Source of the DNA: Octopus sinensis | Lineage: Eukaryota | Assembly: GCF_006345805.1 (NCBI RefSeq) | Contig: NC_042997.1 | Coordinates: forward strand, 46,190,001 to 46,254,000 | DNA length: 64,000 nt | Direction of reading: 5' to 3' | Shown here: positions 14,702 to 26,729 of the stretch, one piece after another | Position numbering within the stretch: the stretch's first letter is position 1 | Layout: each line of letters opens with the position of its first letter | Notes under the pieces: generated by a model | Told to the model about the DNA's origin: nothing | The model's database searches: none | What the model saw: the letters and a program-made list of their open reading frames with translations, nothing else | Made by a program: the position numbers and the translations under genes

Positions 14702-15285
14702 GGCAGAACTGGCAGAAACGTTAGCACGCCGGGCGAAATGCTTAGCGGTAATTCCTCTGTCGTTACGTTCTGAGTTCAAATTCTGCCGAGGTCGACTTTG
14801 CCTTTCATCCTTTCGGGGTCGATTGAATAAATACCAGTTACGCACTCGGTTCGATATAAACGACTTAATCCGTCTGTCTGTCCTTGTTTGGCCCCTCTGT
14901 GTGTAGCCCCTTGTGGGCAGTAAAGAAATAGGTATTTTATTTGCCGCTACGTTCTGAGTTCAAATTCCGCCGAGGTTGACTTTGCCTTTCGTCCTTTCGG
15001 GGTCGATTAAATAAGTACCAGTTACGCACTGGTATCGATATAATCGACTTAATCCGTCTGTCTGTCCTTGTTTGTCTCCTCTGTGTTTAGCCCCTTGTGG
15101 GTAGTAAAGAACTAGGTATTTCGTCTGTCTTACGTTCTGAGTTTAAATTCCGTCGAGGTCGACTTTGCCTTTCATCCTTTCGAGGTCGATAAATTAAGTA
15201 CCAGTTGAGTACTGGAGTCGATCTAATCGACTGGCACCCTCCCCAAAAATTTCGAGTCTTGTGCCTAGAGTACAAAAGAATATTT
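14702..15285 (+). mobile_element. Three tandem SINE family A units (one with its head, two 5'-truncated)
   Basis: Units start at 14702, 14931 and 15115. Each has gttctgagttcaaattc(c/t)gccgaggtcgactttgcctttcatcctttcggggtcgat, with the B-box-like GAGTTCAAATTC. Confidence 0.92.
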
Positions 15286-15407
15286 ATCACCACTTAAACG
15301 TGAATTTTCTGTTAGGACAGACTTTGCTGTGGTAGATACCATGAGAGAATCTCCCATATAGAATGGACTCTTGTTTATATCGCGTGCATTTTGCAGCAAA
15401 AGCCTAT

Positions 15408-15615
15408 CTCTTTTACTCTTTTACGTGTTTAGTCATTTGACTGTGGCCATGCTGGAGCACCGCCTTTAGTCGAGCAAATTATTCTATCGCACCCTTTTGC
15501 CGGACCGCTAAGTTACGGGGACGTAAACAGGCCAGCATCGGTTGTCAAGCGATGTTGGGGGACAAACACAGATACACAAACATATACACACATACATATA
15601 CACACATATATATAT

Positions 15616-15674
<59 letters not shown>

Positions 15675-15845
15675 CATATATATGACGGGCTTCTTTCAGT
15701 TGCCGTTTAACAAATCCACTCATAAGGCTTTGGTCGACCCGAGGTTACAGTAGAAGACACTTACCCAAGGTGCCACGCAGTGGGACTGAACCCGGAATCA
15801 TGTGGTTGGTAAGCAAGCTACTTACCCCACAGCCACTCCTACGCC
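15408..15845 (-). mobile_element. SINE family B (tRNA-like head, internal microsatellite)
   Basis: Reverse complement of ggcgtaggagtggctgtg...ggttccgggttcagtcccactgcgtggcaccttggg...cagtcaaatgact...aaaagagtaaaagag; matches the 26305-26718 copy. Confidence 0.92.
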
Positions 15846-17160
15846 TATATAGAAGGTTCTCTCGTGGTGTCTACTGCAGTAAAGCTTGTTCTAACAGAAC
15901 ATTCACGTTCGAATGGGAATTAATACTAGTCAGCATCACAATGATCGTAACAGATCCGCTTACTCATCTCATCACACATGTACACTCATATACACAAGCG
16001 GCTGCGATGAAATTACTACGGATTACGTACCATACCGCTATAAGATATGAAAAACTTAATAGAGAAAGTAAAATAACTTTCCATCAACTTATTTAGAATA
16101 CAGCACATCTCTCTCTACAATGGCTTGCTTGTTAAAGTACCTTTTTCTTAACCTCTACGCTCTTTGTTATTTTCTTTCCTTTTGAAGAAAGGGGTATTTC
16201 CCCCCAAATGTTATTAGATCGTTAAACAATCTATGATAAGTAATTCAATAGATTATCTCTTTGTTTTCATTTATTGACGTTACATTACATATTTTACATT
16301 ACTTCGCGCCTATATCGCTGAGACGTTATTCTTTGAAAATCATATATGTCATTTACATCATTTACGATGCTTCAAGCAAATGGCAATATTTTCTTATATT
16401 CAGAGCACTCAGAGTTACGAGATTTCAGTCAATAAAAAGAAGCCACCACATTTAATGTATAAGCATCTTTTTTTATTCATTGAGCAGGAATCGTAGCAGT
16501 TTTGCCTGTGTCCCAACGACTACTCACAACAAACTTGCAAGAACGGGAAATAATATATTTCACAGAACCACGCGATTCAGACACACCACAACTATAGTCT
16601 ACCCATGCAAAGAAAGAAAGGTTCAAGACGAAACACTGCCTGAATTTTCTCAGAGTCGTTGTTGTTTTCGTTTTTGTTGTTGTTGATGTTGTTTTTGTTG
16701 TTGTTGTTGTTGTTGTTTAGCTTCAAGTCAGTCCTGAATGAGTATACCTAGGATCGGGAGCATTCCAGCTTCGAAAATTTCTTCAGTGTTATTTTTCTTG
16801 GCATAAGATATCTACAACTACAGAATTCACTGTACTTTTACTATGTAAAGAACGTAGTGTATTGTTTGAGGGATATTTAAACTGCTATTTCTAGCAGGAT
16901 AGGTGAAATTTTCTGTAATTGGAAATGCACTAATGACAAATGTACTAATGAAGAAACCTCTTTTACAGGTTTTCTCATTATTACAGTTAATTTTCATTTG
17001 GAGCATTAGCCCCGCCCCCAAACGTTGGTGTTACGAATATGATTAATCCCCAAACCCACTTGAAACACCTTCAGCTATAACTCTAAAATGGTTCCACTCC
17101 CGCCAAGTCGTGTTAACCAAAATTAAAACAGTACACGTTCACTCAAAAATATGAACAAAC

Positions 17161-17302
17161 AGGCTTCCTAACCACTTGGTTCCGATTTCAGTCCCACTGC
17201 GTGGCACCTTGGGCATGTGTCTCCTACTATAGCCTCGGGCCGACCAAAAGCGTTGATAGTGGATTTGGTAGACGGAAACAGAGAAACCGTCGAATCTATC
17301 TA

Positions 17303-17395
<93 letters not shown>

Positions 17396-17448
17396 GTCTG
17401 TCTGCCTGTCTATCTGTCTGTCTATCTGTCTGTCTGTCTATCTCTCTG

Positions 17449-17513
<65 letters not shown>

Positions 17514-17862
17514 TTGTCTGTCTGTCTGTCTGTCTATCTATCTGTTTGTATCTGTGTGTGTGTATGCGTGTGTGTGTGTGTGTATGTGTGTGTGTGTGTG
17601 CTTGTCCGTCCATCATCGTTTGACACCTGTTATTGGTGTGTTTACGTCCCCAGAATTTAGCGGTCCGGCTAAAGACATCGCTAGAATAAGTACTAGGCCG
17701 AGAAATAAGTCATTGAGTTTGATTTGTTTGACGAAAACCCTTCAAGGAGTTGCTCCAGCATAGTGGCAGTCAAATGACTGACACAAGTAAAATAATAAAA
17801 AAGAATAAAAAGGCGGTGCTCCAGCATGGCCGCAGTCAAATGACTGAAACAAGTAAAAAGAG
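17161..17862 (+). mobile_element. SINE family B with expanded internal (ATCT/GTCT)n and duplicated tail
   Basis: Same head and tail as 26305-26718; the tail segment gctccagcat...cagtcaaatgactga occurs twice (about 17752 and 17818). Confidence 0.88.
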
Positions 17863-18412
17863 AAAAAAAACAAAAAAAATACATAGACTGATATTGGTCT
17901 GTATCAGCATGATTTGCATTGTTCAATAAAATTGAATAAAATAACCACACTGAACTTGTCAAGAGGAATGGGAAATCCAGCGTTTCGGACTGAGTACATT
18001 TTGCGGGGAAAGTAGAAAGGTAAGAAATTAATGGGAGACAGTAGAGATTTATATCCTCTCAATTGCAAAACCTGGTTGCAAATGATACAATTCTACTGTG
18101 CCCCTTTTATTGATTTCACAAAATAATTTAAGTAAAAATAGCCGTAGCATCATAAACTTCGTTCTTCCCAAACACTGTGATGTGACGAACGTCATATGTA
18201 TGCCCGTACAGCAACTTTTGTCTCTCACCGGGTTCACCTGCATTCCTCCCCTATCGCCATCCTGAAAACCTACAGACATACAAGAATAGACGAGATAATG
18301 AAGAAGTTATGATGCCCAGAGAATCATTCTGCACTCATGTATAATATCACACAAAAGAGGCATCGGCTTCGTATTTTCTTGACTTGACAGCAACCAAAGA
18401 GCTACATGACAA

Positions 18413-18719
18413 TTTTTTTGCGCCCTTTTCAAGCCTAGCCAGGCTCATGGGCCCGGTTTCCCGGTTTCTGTGGCGTATGTTTCTCCCCAGCTGGATGGGA
18501 CACCAGTCCATTGCAGCGTTACTCAAGAAACAGGAAGAGAGAGTGAGAGAAAGTTCGGGCTAAAGAGCACAACATGAGTCGCCACCACCCCCTGCCGGAG
18601 CCTCGTGGACCTTTAGGTGTTTTCGCTCAATAAGCACACACATCGCCCGGTCTGGGAATCGAAACCGTGATCCTCCGACGGCGAGTCCGCTGCCCTAACC
18701 ACTGAGCCATTGCGCCTCC
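18413..18719 (-). mobile_element. SINE family C (tRNA-derived, V-domain-like body, short A tail)
   Basis: The minus strand reads ggcgcaaTGGCTCAGTGGttaggg...GGTTTCGATTCCcagacc (A and B boxes), then gcaatggactggtgtcccatccagctgggg...agaaaccgggaaaccgggcccatgagcc and ends in an A7 run. The V-domain assignment is from recollection. Confidence 0.8.
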
Positions 18720-19139
18720 ACACATGGCAATTATACAACCAATTAATTTTCTGCGTCGAGGTGTACTAGAACATGACATGAAGTACCTTGCAGAAGAAAC
18801 ACAAAAGAAAAACACAACGTCAGTTCGAAAAGTCGAACCCATGGCCTGACAATAGAAAGCTCAACACCCTAAATATTATGTGTCTTCACACGATTTACAA
18901 CCTATTGTTTTGTTTAATGTAGTCTACCAATAGACGTACTATGTCTAGATAAAAGACAAGAGTATTATGACTAGGAACATCTTTGGTTTTAGGTTTAGTC
19001 CATCAAAGCTCGGTCAGTTTAAACCATAAAAATAGCCACCACTGCTTATCGGAATGTATGAGTTATTTGTATATGACTTCTAGAGCGATAGATATGTATA
19101 TTGTACCTTGTCCTTTGACTGATTATTTTCCTGTCGTAG

Positions 19140-19191
19140 CGAACATGGAGCCATACAATGAAGCAATCACTGCATCGATAATAAACCGGAG
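19140..19191 (+). other. Candidate 52-nt exon
   Basis: ttgactgattattttcctgtcgtag|...CGGAG|gtaaga. One frame is open (NMEPYNEAITASIINR) with AACATGG start context. No homolog recognised. Confidence 0.25.
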
Positions 19192-19699
19192 GTAAGACAA
19201 CATGATCTGACTGTCACATTCTTCTCTAAATGGTAAAACAATGACGTGTCTCGACAATTTGTAGACTTCAAACAAGAGGAAGTGTACAATAGTCAAAAGG
19301 CCGGATCTATGGATATTAACCGCATGTGACCAGCTATCGGCATGACTGGTATGTGCAAGAAAAGTGGATACGGTTACCGAATAACAAACGCAGAGGGGGG
19401 AAAAAAAAACAGCAAGAACGGCTAGACGTTCGGTAGCGCTTCAAGAAATTCCATACCTTCCCAACCTCAATCACGACCGCTTCAATCAGCACTATACTAT
19501 ATCATTTACTAACAACACTTCAACTACAACTCCTCCCACCGCCGACACAACCGCCCCCCCACCGCCCCACACCGCTGTCACCACTATCACCATGGCCACC
19601 AGCAATTTCATCTCTTCTATGGCCACAGTCATGTCCACTTGCGCTAGGAGCACCAATAACAGCTTTATCACCATCACTACAACTACCGCTACCAATTAG

Positions 19700-19751
19700 A
19701 CGCTAACAACCATTACCATATACTACTACTACTACTACTACTACAACAACA

Positions 19752-19820
<69 letters not shown>

Positions 19821-19830
19821 ACTGCTGCAG
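19700..19830. repeat. (CTA)n-(CTG)n microsatellite
   Basis: Directly visible. Confidence 0.95.
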
Positions 19831-21755
19831 CAGTAGCAAATAATACACAAAAGAAGAGAGAAAAACCAAAATAACTTTAAAAATGTTAGACACAAACAAT
19901 TATGACGAACATCTAACCATTCGCTTAACGTTTTCGATTTCAATTCATTTTCTACTCTCTCTCTTTTCATTTTCTTTTCTCTTCTTTTCCTTTTTTTTTT
20001 CCTACTTTCCTTTTTCATTTCTTCGTGTGTTGAAACATGAGAAAAATTGCTCTGGGAAATCAGTCTGCAACTGTCATCCAATGGTTCCAAGGTCTTTCCC
20101 TACTTTGTCAGGCGTCTTTTTTCCCTCCTTGTCTTTCACTCACTTGTATTGTCACCTTTTCTTGCAGCGATACTGTTGTCACATCTGCTTTCATTATGTG
20201 TATGGGTGCATGTGTGCATGTGTGTGAGTGTATGTGAGTTTGCGTGTGAAAGAAAGAGAAAGACGGAGAGAGAGAGAGAGAGAAAGAAAGAGGGAGAGAG
20301 AGATTTATCGACTGTGTTTAGAAAAATCGGTCAAAGAATACGTACAAGAAGAATAAAACAAACAGGCAACATCGCGAAATAAACAATGATGGCGGTAAAC
20401 TGAGAAGAAAAGAAAATATTTAGATGAAATGAATAAAAAGAAACTATAACAATTTATTTCTTCTTTAATTATGATAATAATCATAATAATTTCTTACGGG
20501 TTGTTTACATTAATTTCTGTTTTCTTCTTTTCTTCGTATGTGTACATACACATTACGAACTTCAAAAAGCTAGGATATATAAAAAAAAAGGAAAGAATAG
20601 CTACAGAAGAATCTTGTTGATAAATGCTGGAAAAATCCTGGCTTGAATCCTGATTAACCCATTCTGTTTTCATAGACTCTCCTACTCGTAACTCAACCTG
20701 GTTGTCGACCTTCCGGAGACGCGAGATCGCTTTTCAGTACGCTAGCAACCTAATCTGAGTAGCACAAACCCTTGTGTTTGGCTCTGCACGACAACATAAA
20801 AACCGAAGTATAGTATCAAATTTCCTCAGTAGTTGATCCGCCTAACGGGAAAACAGGAATAAAATAGGAAAGTACAACTGCTTTTAGGTCCTTTCTATTA
20901 CTCGAAATAACTTACATCTAACAGTCAGAGCTTAAACTGCCCAATTGGCATCCTTTTTATCACAGACAGACTCCATACCAGAACAAAGTCCACGGACGAC
21001 GACTACATAGATAATTGAAGTTGAGTACGAAGACTCTGCAAGAGGTAGTGTAGCTTCACTAGAAATATCTCAGGCAAGTAAAGGCATTTTCACTTAACAT
21101 TTTAAATAGGAAAGTGATGTTTATCATACGATGAGGTTTGATAAACATCACTTGGTTTCCTTCTAATACAATACTTATCATGGTTTTCAACGCTAAAATG
21201 ATCATAAAGAAAATGCGGAATCTCAAAACTGATGAAACCACCAATTTTCATCAAATTTCCGCCTGCATCCCGAAGAGAAATACTGCTTTAAACGTACATA
21301 TTCTTGCCTCTTTTATTTTACTTGTACTTCAATTGTGAAATATCGCTTCTGTACATGAGACCGACTCTAGGCCTGATCCATCATAATTCAGACATCTTTG
21401 ATTACTTAGCAGCATGTGTGATGTGATGGAATCAATAGTTCTAAAACACAATGAAAACATCTTGCTAAACAATCAACTTACCTGAAAAAGGTATTGCGAC
21501 TGCTGATCAAACGATAGCGTAACAGATCTGACACGGGACAACTCCCTTGATGTGAGCCAGTACGTTTGTGTAATAACGTTAAACATCAAAAGACCTTTTG
21601 GCATATTTTTACCAAAATGTTCTCTAGGCATAGCTTGAATGTATGGGAAATTACTAAGGTGGTTTCAAAGAGACCTTAATGTAAAATCGATCGGTCATTT
21701 TTTCTGGTCAACACTGATCTATCATCCATCAATATGTGTGTGTGTATGTGTGTGC

Positions 21756-21803
<48 letters not shown>

Positions 21804-22390
21804 GGTGTGTGTGTGTGTCTGTGCGGGTGTATGTGTCTGTGTTGCTGTTACTTTACGTCTCATCCCTCAGCGGTTGGAAAATGAACCTCGATAAAATAAT
21901 TACCAACAGAAATAAGTGCCGGTGGTGATATGATCATCCATACCATTGAATGTGGAACCTGAGTATAGTCTCAGTTGATTTAGTTTAGCACAGTAAAAGA
22001 ATAAAATTGCAGCACCTCATATAACAATACACTGTCATTTTGTCAAGACTTTAGCGACAGAATAGGACTGATTTTTTACAAATGTTTTCTTGACATATGA
22101 CTACTTGTTATCTGATTAGGAAAAACATCTATATTGAAAAAGAAACTCAAATAAGCTTAAAGGATAACAAGTGGGGATTGAACTAGTGTTGTTGCTTCAG
22201 CTACCCGGCATTTGACATCTATCAACAACAGTAGATAATAGGATACTGTAATTACAGGATTTGAATTCAATGTTTGTAAGAGAATTTGAACCAGGTGTGC
22301 TGTAATTTTGTACCTGTATTTTAACCTTTAAAACTTTCAGATCTTTGCATGCCGCTATGTTTGGCTTCTGCCTTACATACATACATTATT

Positions 22391-22598
22391 ATGGCTGCCC
22401 CCTCGTTATCGAGTATGGTCATTGCACGAAGCTTAATTGTTACTGGTGCTCTGATCGAATGTGACTTTTTATCCCAGCTAAAGATCTACAATGACTTGTA
22501 CAAAATTGGCAACTAAATCCTTTACTGGTAATAGTCGGCTGTAGTTGTAACAGGGCTTCATGTACCTTTGCATGTCGTTTAAGTCCTCCTGCCGAATT
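22391..22598 (-). mobile_element. RTE-clade LINE 3' end
   Basis: The minus strand encodes ...[26 protein letters not shown], the C-terminal zinc-finger-like motif typical of RTE/BovB ORFs, followed by a short 3' UTR and a (TGTA)n-type tail. Confidence 0.75.
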
Positions 22599-22876
22599 AC
22601 ACATACATACATACATACATACATACATACATACATACATACATACATACATACATACATGCATATATGTCTAAATATTAATCTTGAGAAATTAGACTTC
22701 TCAAAACCAGAAAGGAGAAGGCTAATTCGAAGACTACAGATCCAATCCATCACTGGAACTGTAAATATCTCTAAAACTTTCCAGAAATTTATCATTTAAA
22801 TATATATGAGCATATCTTGATATGCAACTATATGCATAAGAATACATAAATATCTTGCACACACACACATGCATAC

Positions 22877-23432
22877 ATGGTGGCTGCCCCCTTGTTATCG
22901 AGTATGGCCATTGCACGAAGCTTAATCAATGTTGTTACCGTGCAATGCCTGTGCAAGAAGATTTTTTTAAGTGAGGAAAGGCTGTGCACTGAGTCAATCC
23001 CACTCGCTAAGCAACAGCAGCCATAATCCGAAAAGAAGAACAACTCAACATCATCGGTAACCACTGAGCCGCAGGTTTTATGTCGGAGTTATCCCAGTTA
23101 CCTGACTTGCCTTCTCCTAGAAGGATGCCCTGACAAAGGCTAGGAGTCCTTCACTCCAAATGGTTTAACCGCGCGATCGGGTATTCAGTCCAATTATTTC
23201 TATGTCCCCGCGCATGATACGGCTTTAAGACATTTATTGGATGGTCGTTGACTCTCAAGAGTTCCTCCAGCCCTTTGACGGGTTTTGTTTTTCATCCCCC
23301 AGGGTGACCAATAAACACCCTCCTCACCAAGCGAGCTTGGTGGGGTTGCCGGTTTAGTCGCCGACGACCCGACCATCCAACAGGTAGTACTGGGTTACAT
23401 GTTACCAGTAGCACTCGAAAGTGACCTGACAT
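22877..23432 (-). mobile_element. Non-coding RTE derivative (5'-UTR-like part plus LINE 3' tail)
   Basis: Shares 44/46 nt with the 3' end at 22392-22437. The rest is GC-richer, structured and without a long ORF, and contains ccttctaggagaaggcaa, which resembles RTE 5' UTRs (recollection). Confidence 0.6.
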
Positions 23433-24051
23433 AACATGCATGCATACATACATACATACATACAAACGAAAATACCCTGTTGTTGATGTTGAAATTCCAA
23501 TGAAGGAGCCTTGGATCTAGGTTAGAAACCGTCTCTTTGTCTATTGGCAAGATATTTTGAAATAAAACTTAACAATGACATACATACATACATACAACGT
23601 GACCGTTATGGTGAGTCCGATACTCAGACGGGTATAGTTATTGCTTATATGAAGGCAATACGCCAAATATTGGAAAAGTTGAGTTACAGAGTGCGGTAAG
23701 ATTACATAAGAATATTTCCATATAAATGTTTTAAACATTACAATATAGCTACATAAAACATACATACATCTTAACAAATTCATGTAAACACAGCGCTGTA
23801 ATGATTCGTACATACAGATATAAGTCAAGTAATGTTTCAAAACATTTCATGAATAAGACAAACGCCGGTCAATATGTGCACTTGTAGAATTAAAAAGTGA
23901 CTGAAAGGAAAGATTATCCTAACTGTGAACAACTTTAAATTTAATTCTGACAAGACTTTGTCGAATCTTTTAAAGAAAATAATTTTCTATTTTGAAAAAC
24001 AAATACAGATATCGGTGAACAGACAAAATCACAATGGTGGCTTTAGGACCA

Positions 24052-24570
24052 GCCTCGTTCATGGCGACTGTCAACTTTTCAAACGAATGAAAACATCATG
24101 AAAATACACGAACTGATCTTGGAGGACCGTCACCGAGCAATTGACGAACTTGTTGATATAACTGGTGTGTTTTGGAGCTCCTGCCAACGAATTTTGAGCG
24201 AAAAATTGTGAATGAAGAGAGTTGCAGCAAAATATGTGCTTCGCTTGCTCACGACTGAATGCGTGTCGTGAGCTGAAAGAACAGATGGAAGTTGATCCGG
24301 ACCTTTTTTCGAAGGTCATCACTGGTGACGAAAGCTCGTGCTACGGAATTTGCGGATGTGGAAGAAGTGAGGAAAAACAAAAAAGGCAGAGGAGTTGAAA
24401 GGCATCACATCACAAGGGTTCCAGCACTACTTCGAATAGCGGAAAACGCTCCTGGACCGATGCATTCCTAGAAATGGAGATTATTTATGGTGATAAAAGT
24501 GTTAACATGTAAAACTAAGAGAATAAAATAATAATGCAAAGTTCCGGTTCCTGTTAGATACCTCGTCGTA
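24052..24570 (+). mobile_element. Internally deleted mariner transposon
   Basis: NENIMKIHELILEDRHRAIDEL...QRILSEKL*MKRVAAKYVLRLL...FSKVITGDESSCYG is joined directly to the C-terminal FQHYFE*RKTLLDRCIPRNGDY. The right end ...cctcgtcgta resembles a mariner TIR. Confidence 0.85.
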
Positions 24571-24719
24571 TGTCTCAGCCATTACATTACTAGCGTATCA
24601 CAAAGAGCTGAAGCCACGCAACCGAGATCCAAGCAGAAAGCCTGAACCGGTGTGGTCACGTAACTTGAAAATTTAATTGCTGTAAAAAAGTATCTCACAG
24701 ATCATTTAGTTATGAAATC

Positions 24720-25200
24720 TAATATAGGGAACAACAATCTACGACATCGATAAAATTCCAGAAAAAATCTAGAGAAGCGTTTTAGTGATACAGGATTCAA
24801 AATACTAAAATCCAATCTATACCAGATGAAACATCTCACAACTACAGCTGAAAAACTAAAATATAAATCTACAACATATAAGCGACAAATGCTCAATAAA
24901 TTATTAGTTAAAGATCCCTCGACAGTTTATCGCAGCTTCAATGTAAAGGGCTCAGTCTCTATAAAAGTCATCCCACAAAAGATCAGGCTGTAGGCTGTTG
25001 GAAATCTGTATAGGAAACAAATGATGTATGGCTAAAAGAACTAGAGAAGGACTACTATTGGTATGTCCAGCAAAACCAATATGAAACATACGGCGGAATA
25101 TTGCAAATGGCTCTACAGAAAATGACAAACACATATTCCCCGGGCTAAGACTACTTAAGAGGTTACTGGCTGAAGAATTTCACCTTTTATCAGCAAGATA
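24720..25200 (+). mobile_element. R4/Dong-like non-LTR fragment (pre-RT region)
   Basis: TAEKLKYKSTTYKRQMLNKLLVKDPSTVYRSF...PTKDQAVGCWKSV*...WLKELEKDYYWYVQQNQY, resembling R4-clade ORFs. Confidence 0.55.
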
Positions 25201-25734
25201 TTATACAGTTGTATGACGAAAACATCGGGTTACACAAGAATTACCCCAATATTTATAAACTGTCCAAATAAATTAGAAGGCGTGCTGGAAAGATATATAT
25301 TGAAAGTTGTGTGTGAGTGTGTGTGTGTGTATACATACATACATAGACACAGACACACACAGACACACACACGCACTCACCGTCCTTGCTTCCATCGCCT
25401 CCAAGATATTAACACGCCACCAGCTTCCTGTCTAGTCTCGTGGTCCAAAAGATGCCTCTTTGTATCGGAACTAGAGTCACTTAATCACCGATCCTACTCT
25501 ACTAAGACCTTGTGATCCACCTTGATCAACTGCAGCCCATTTTCCAGTAGCCATCCTAGACTTCTTGCGCCTCTTCATTTGGTAATCTGAGCCTCAAAGA
25601 GACTGGTTTCTGCTAGGAGCTCGAGAAACTTAAAGTCGCATGGACCCAAATAAAACTATTTTAAATCATGTGAGTGTGTGTTTGTATACATACATACATA
25701 CATACATACATACATGCATGCATATATATATGTA

Positions 25735-25810
<76 letters not shown>

Positions 25811-26304
25811 TATACATATATATATATATATACGCATGTATGTATGCATGTATGTATGTATATATATATATATTATATAATATATATATATATATGTGTA
25901 TATATATATATATAGATATATATATATATATATCTATATATATAATATATTATATATATATATATATTATATATATGCACTCTCATTTACACACGTGCGC
26001 ACGTACACATACGCAAACGTTCGTAACAGGTGGTTATTTTCCCTCTCTTTTATATTTTGCAAACATTACATAAAATAACAGAGTAAATGGAATGTTTGGT
26101 GAACGTTGATTTATTTCATACACTTCTCCTTCAAATTATTTTTGCTACCGTCATCGTCGTTGCAGAATTCATTCCACTTCTTTTGCTCTTCGTCTACTGA
26201 TCGTCGTCGTCGTCTTAAACATTATTGCTGATAAATACAATTCGTGTTTCAATGAAAACGCAGTGGGTGGTGAGTGGTTTTTCTGTCAGTTGTACGTATA
26301 CATA

Positions 26305-26718
26305 GGCGCAGGAGTGGCTGTGTGGTAAGTAGCTTGCTAACCAACCACATGGTTCCGGGTTCAGTCCCACTGCACGGCACCTTGGGCAAGTGTCCTCTAC
26401 TATAGCCTCGAGCCGACCAAAGCCTTGTGAGTGGATTTGGTAGATGGAAACTGAAAGAAGCCTCCCGTATATATGTATATATATATGTGTGTGTGTGTGT
26501 ATGTATATGTCTGTGTGTCTGTGTTTGTCTCCCTAGCATTGCTTGACAACCGATGCTGGTGTGTTTACGTCCCCGTCACTTAACGGTTCGGCAAAAGAGA
26601 CCGATAGAATAAGTGTTGGGCTTACAAAGAATAAGTCCCGTGGTCGATTTGCTCGACTAAAGGCGGTGCTCCAGCATGGCCGCAGTCAAATGACTGAAAC
26701 AAGTAAAAGAATAAAAGA
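26305..26718 (+). mobile_element. SINE family B, full length, with 8-bp TSD
   Basis: ggcgcaggagTGGCTGTGTGG...GGTTCAGTCC head. gtatacat flanks both ends (26296-26303 and 26719-26726). Confidence 0.93.
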
Positions 26719-26729
26719 GTATACATGTC

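Noticed and set aside
23330-23440. Complete HDV-like ribozyme in the RTE derivative
   Set aside because: P4 and a CUAA-like J4/2 are suggestive, but I could not form consistent P1, P2 and P3 pairings; kept only as a hypothesis.
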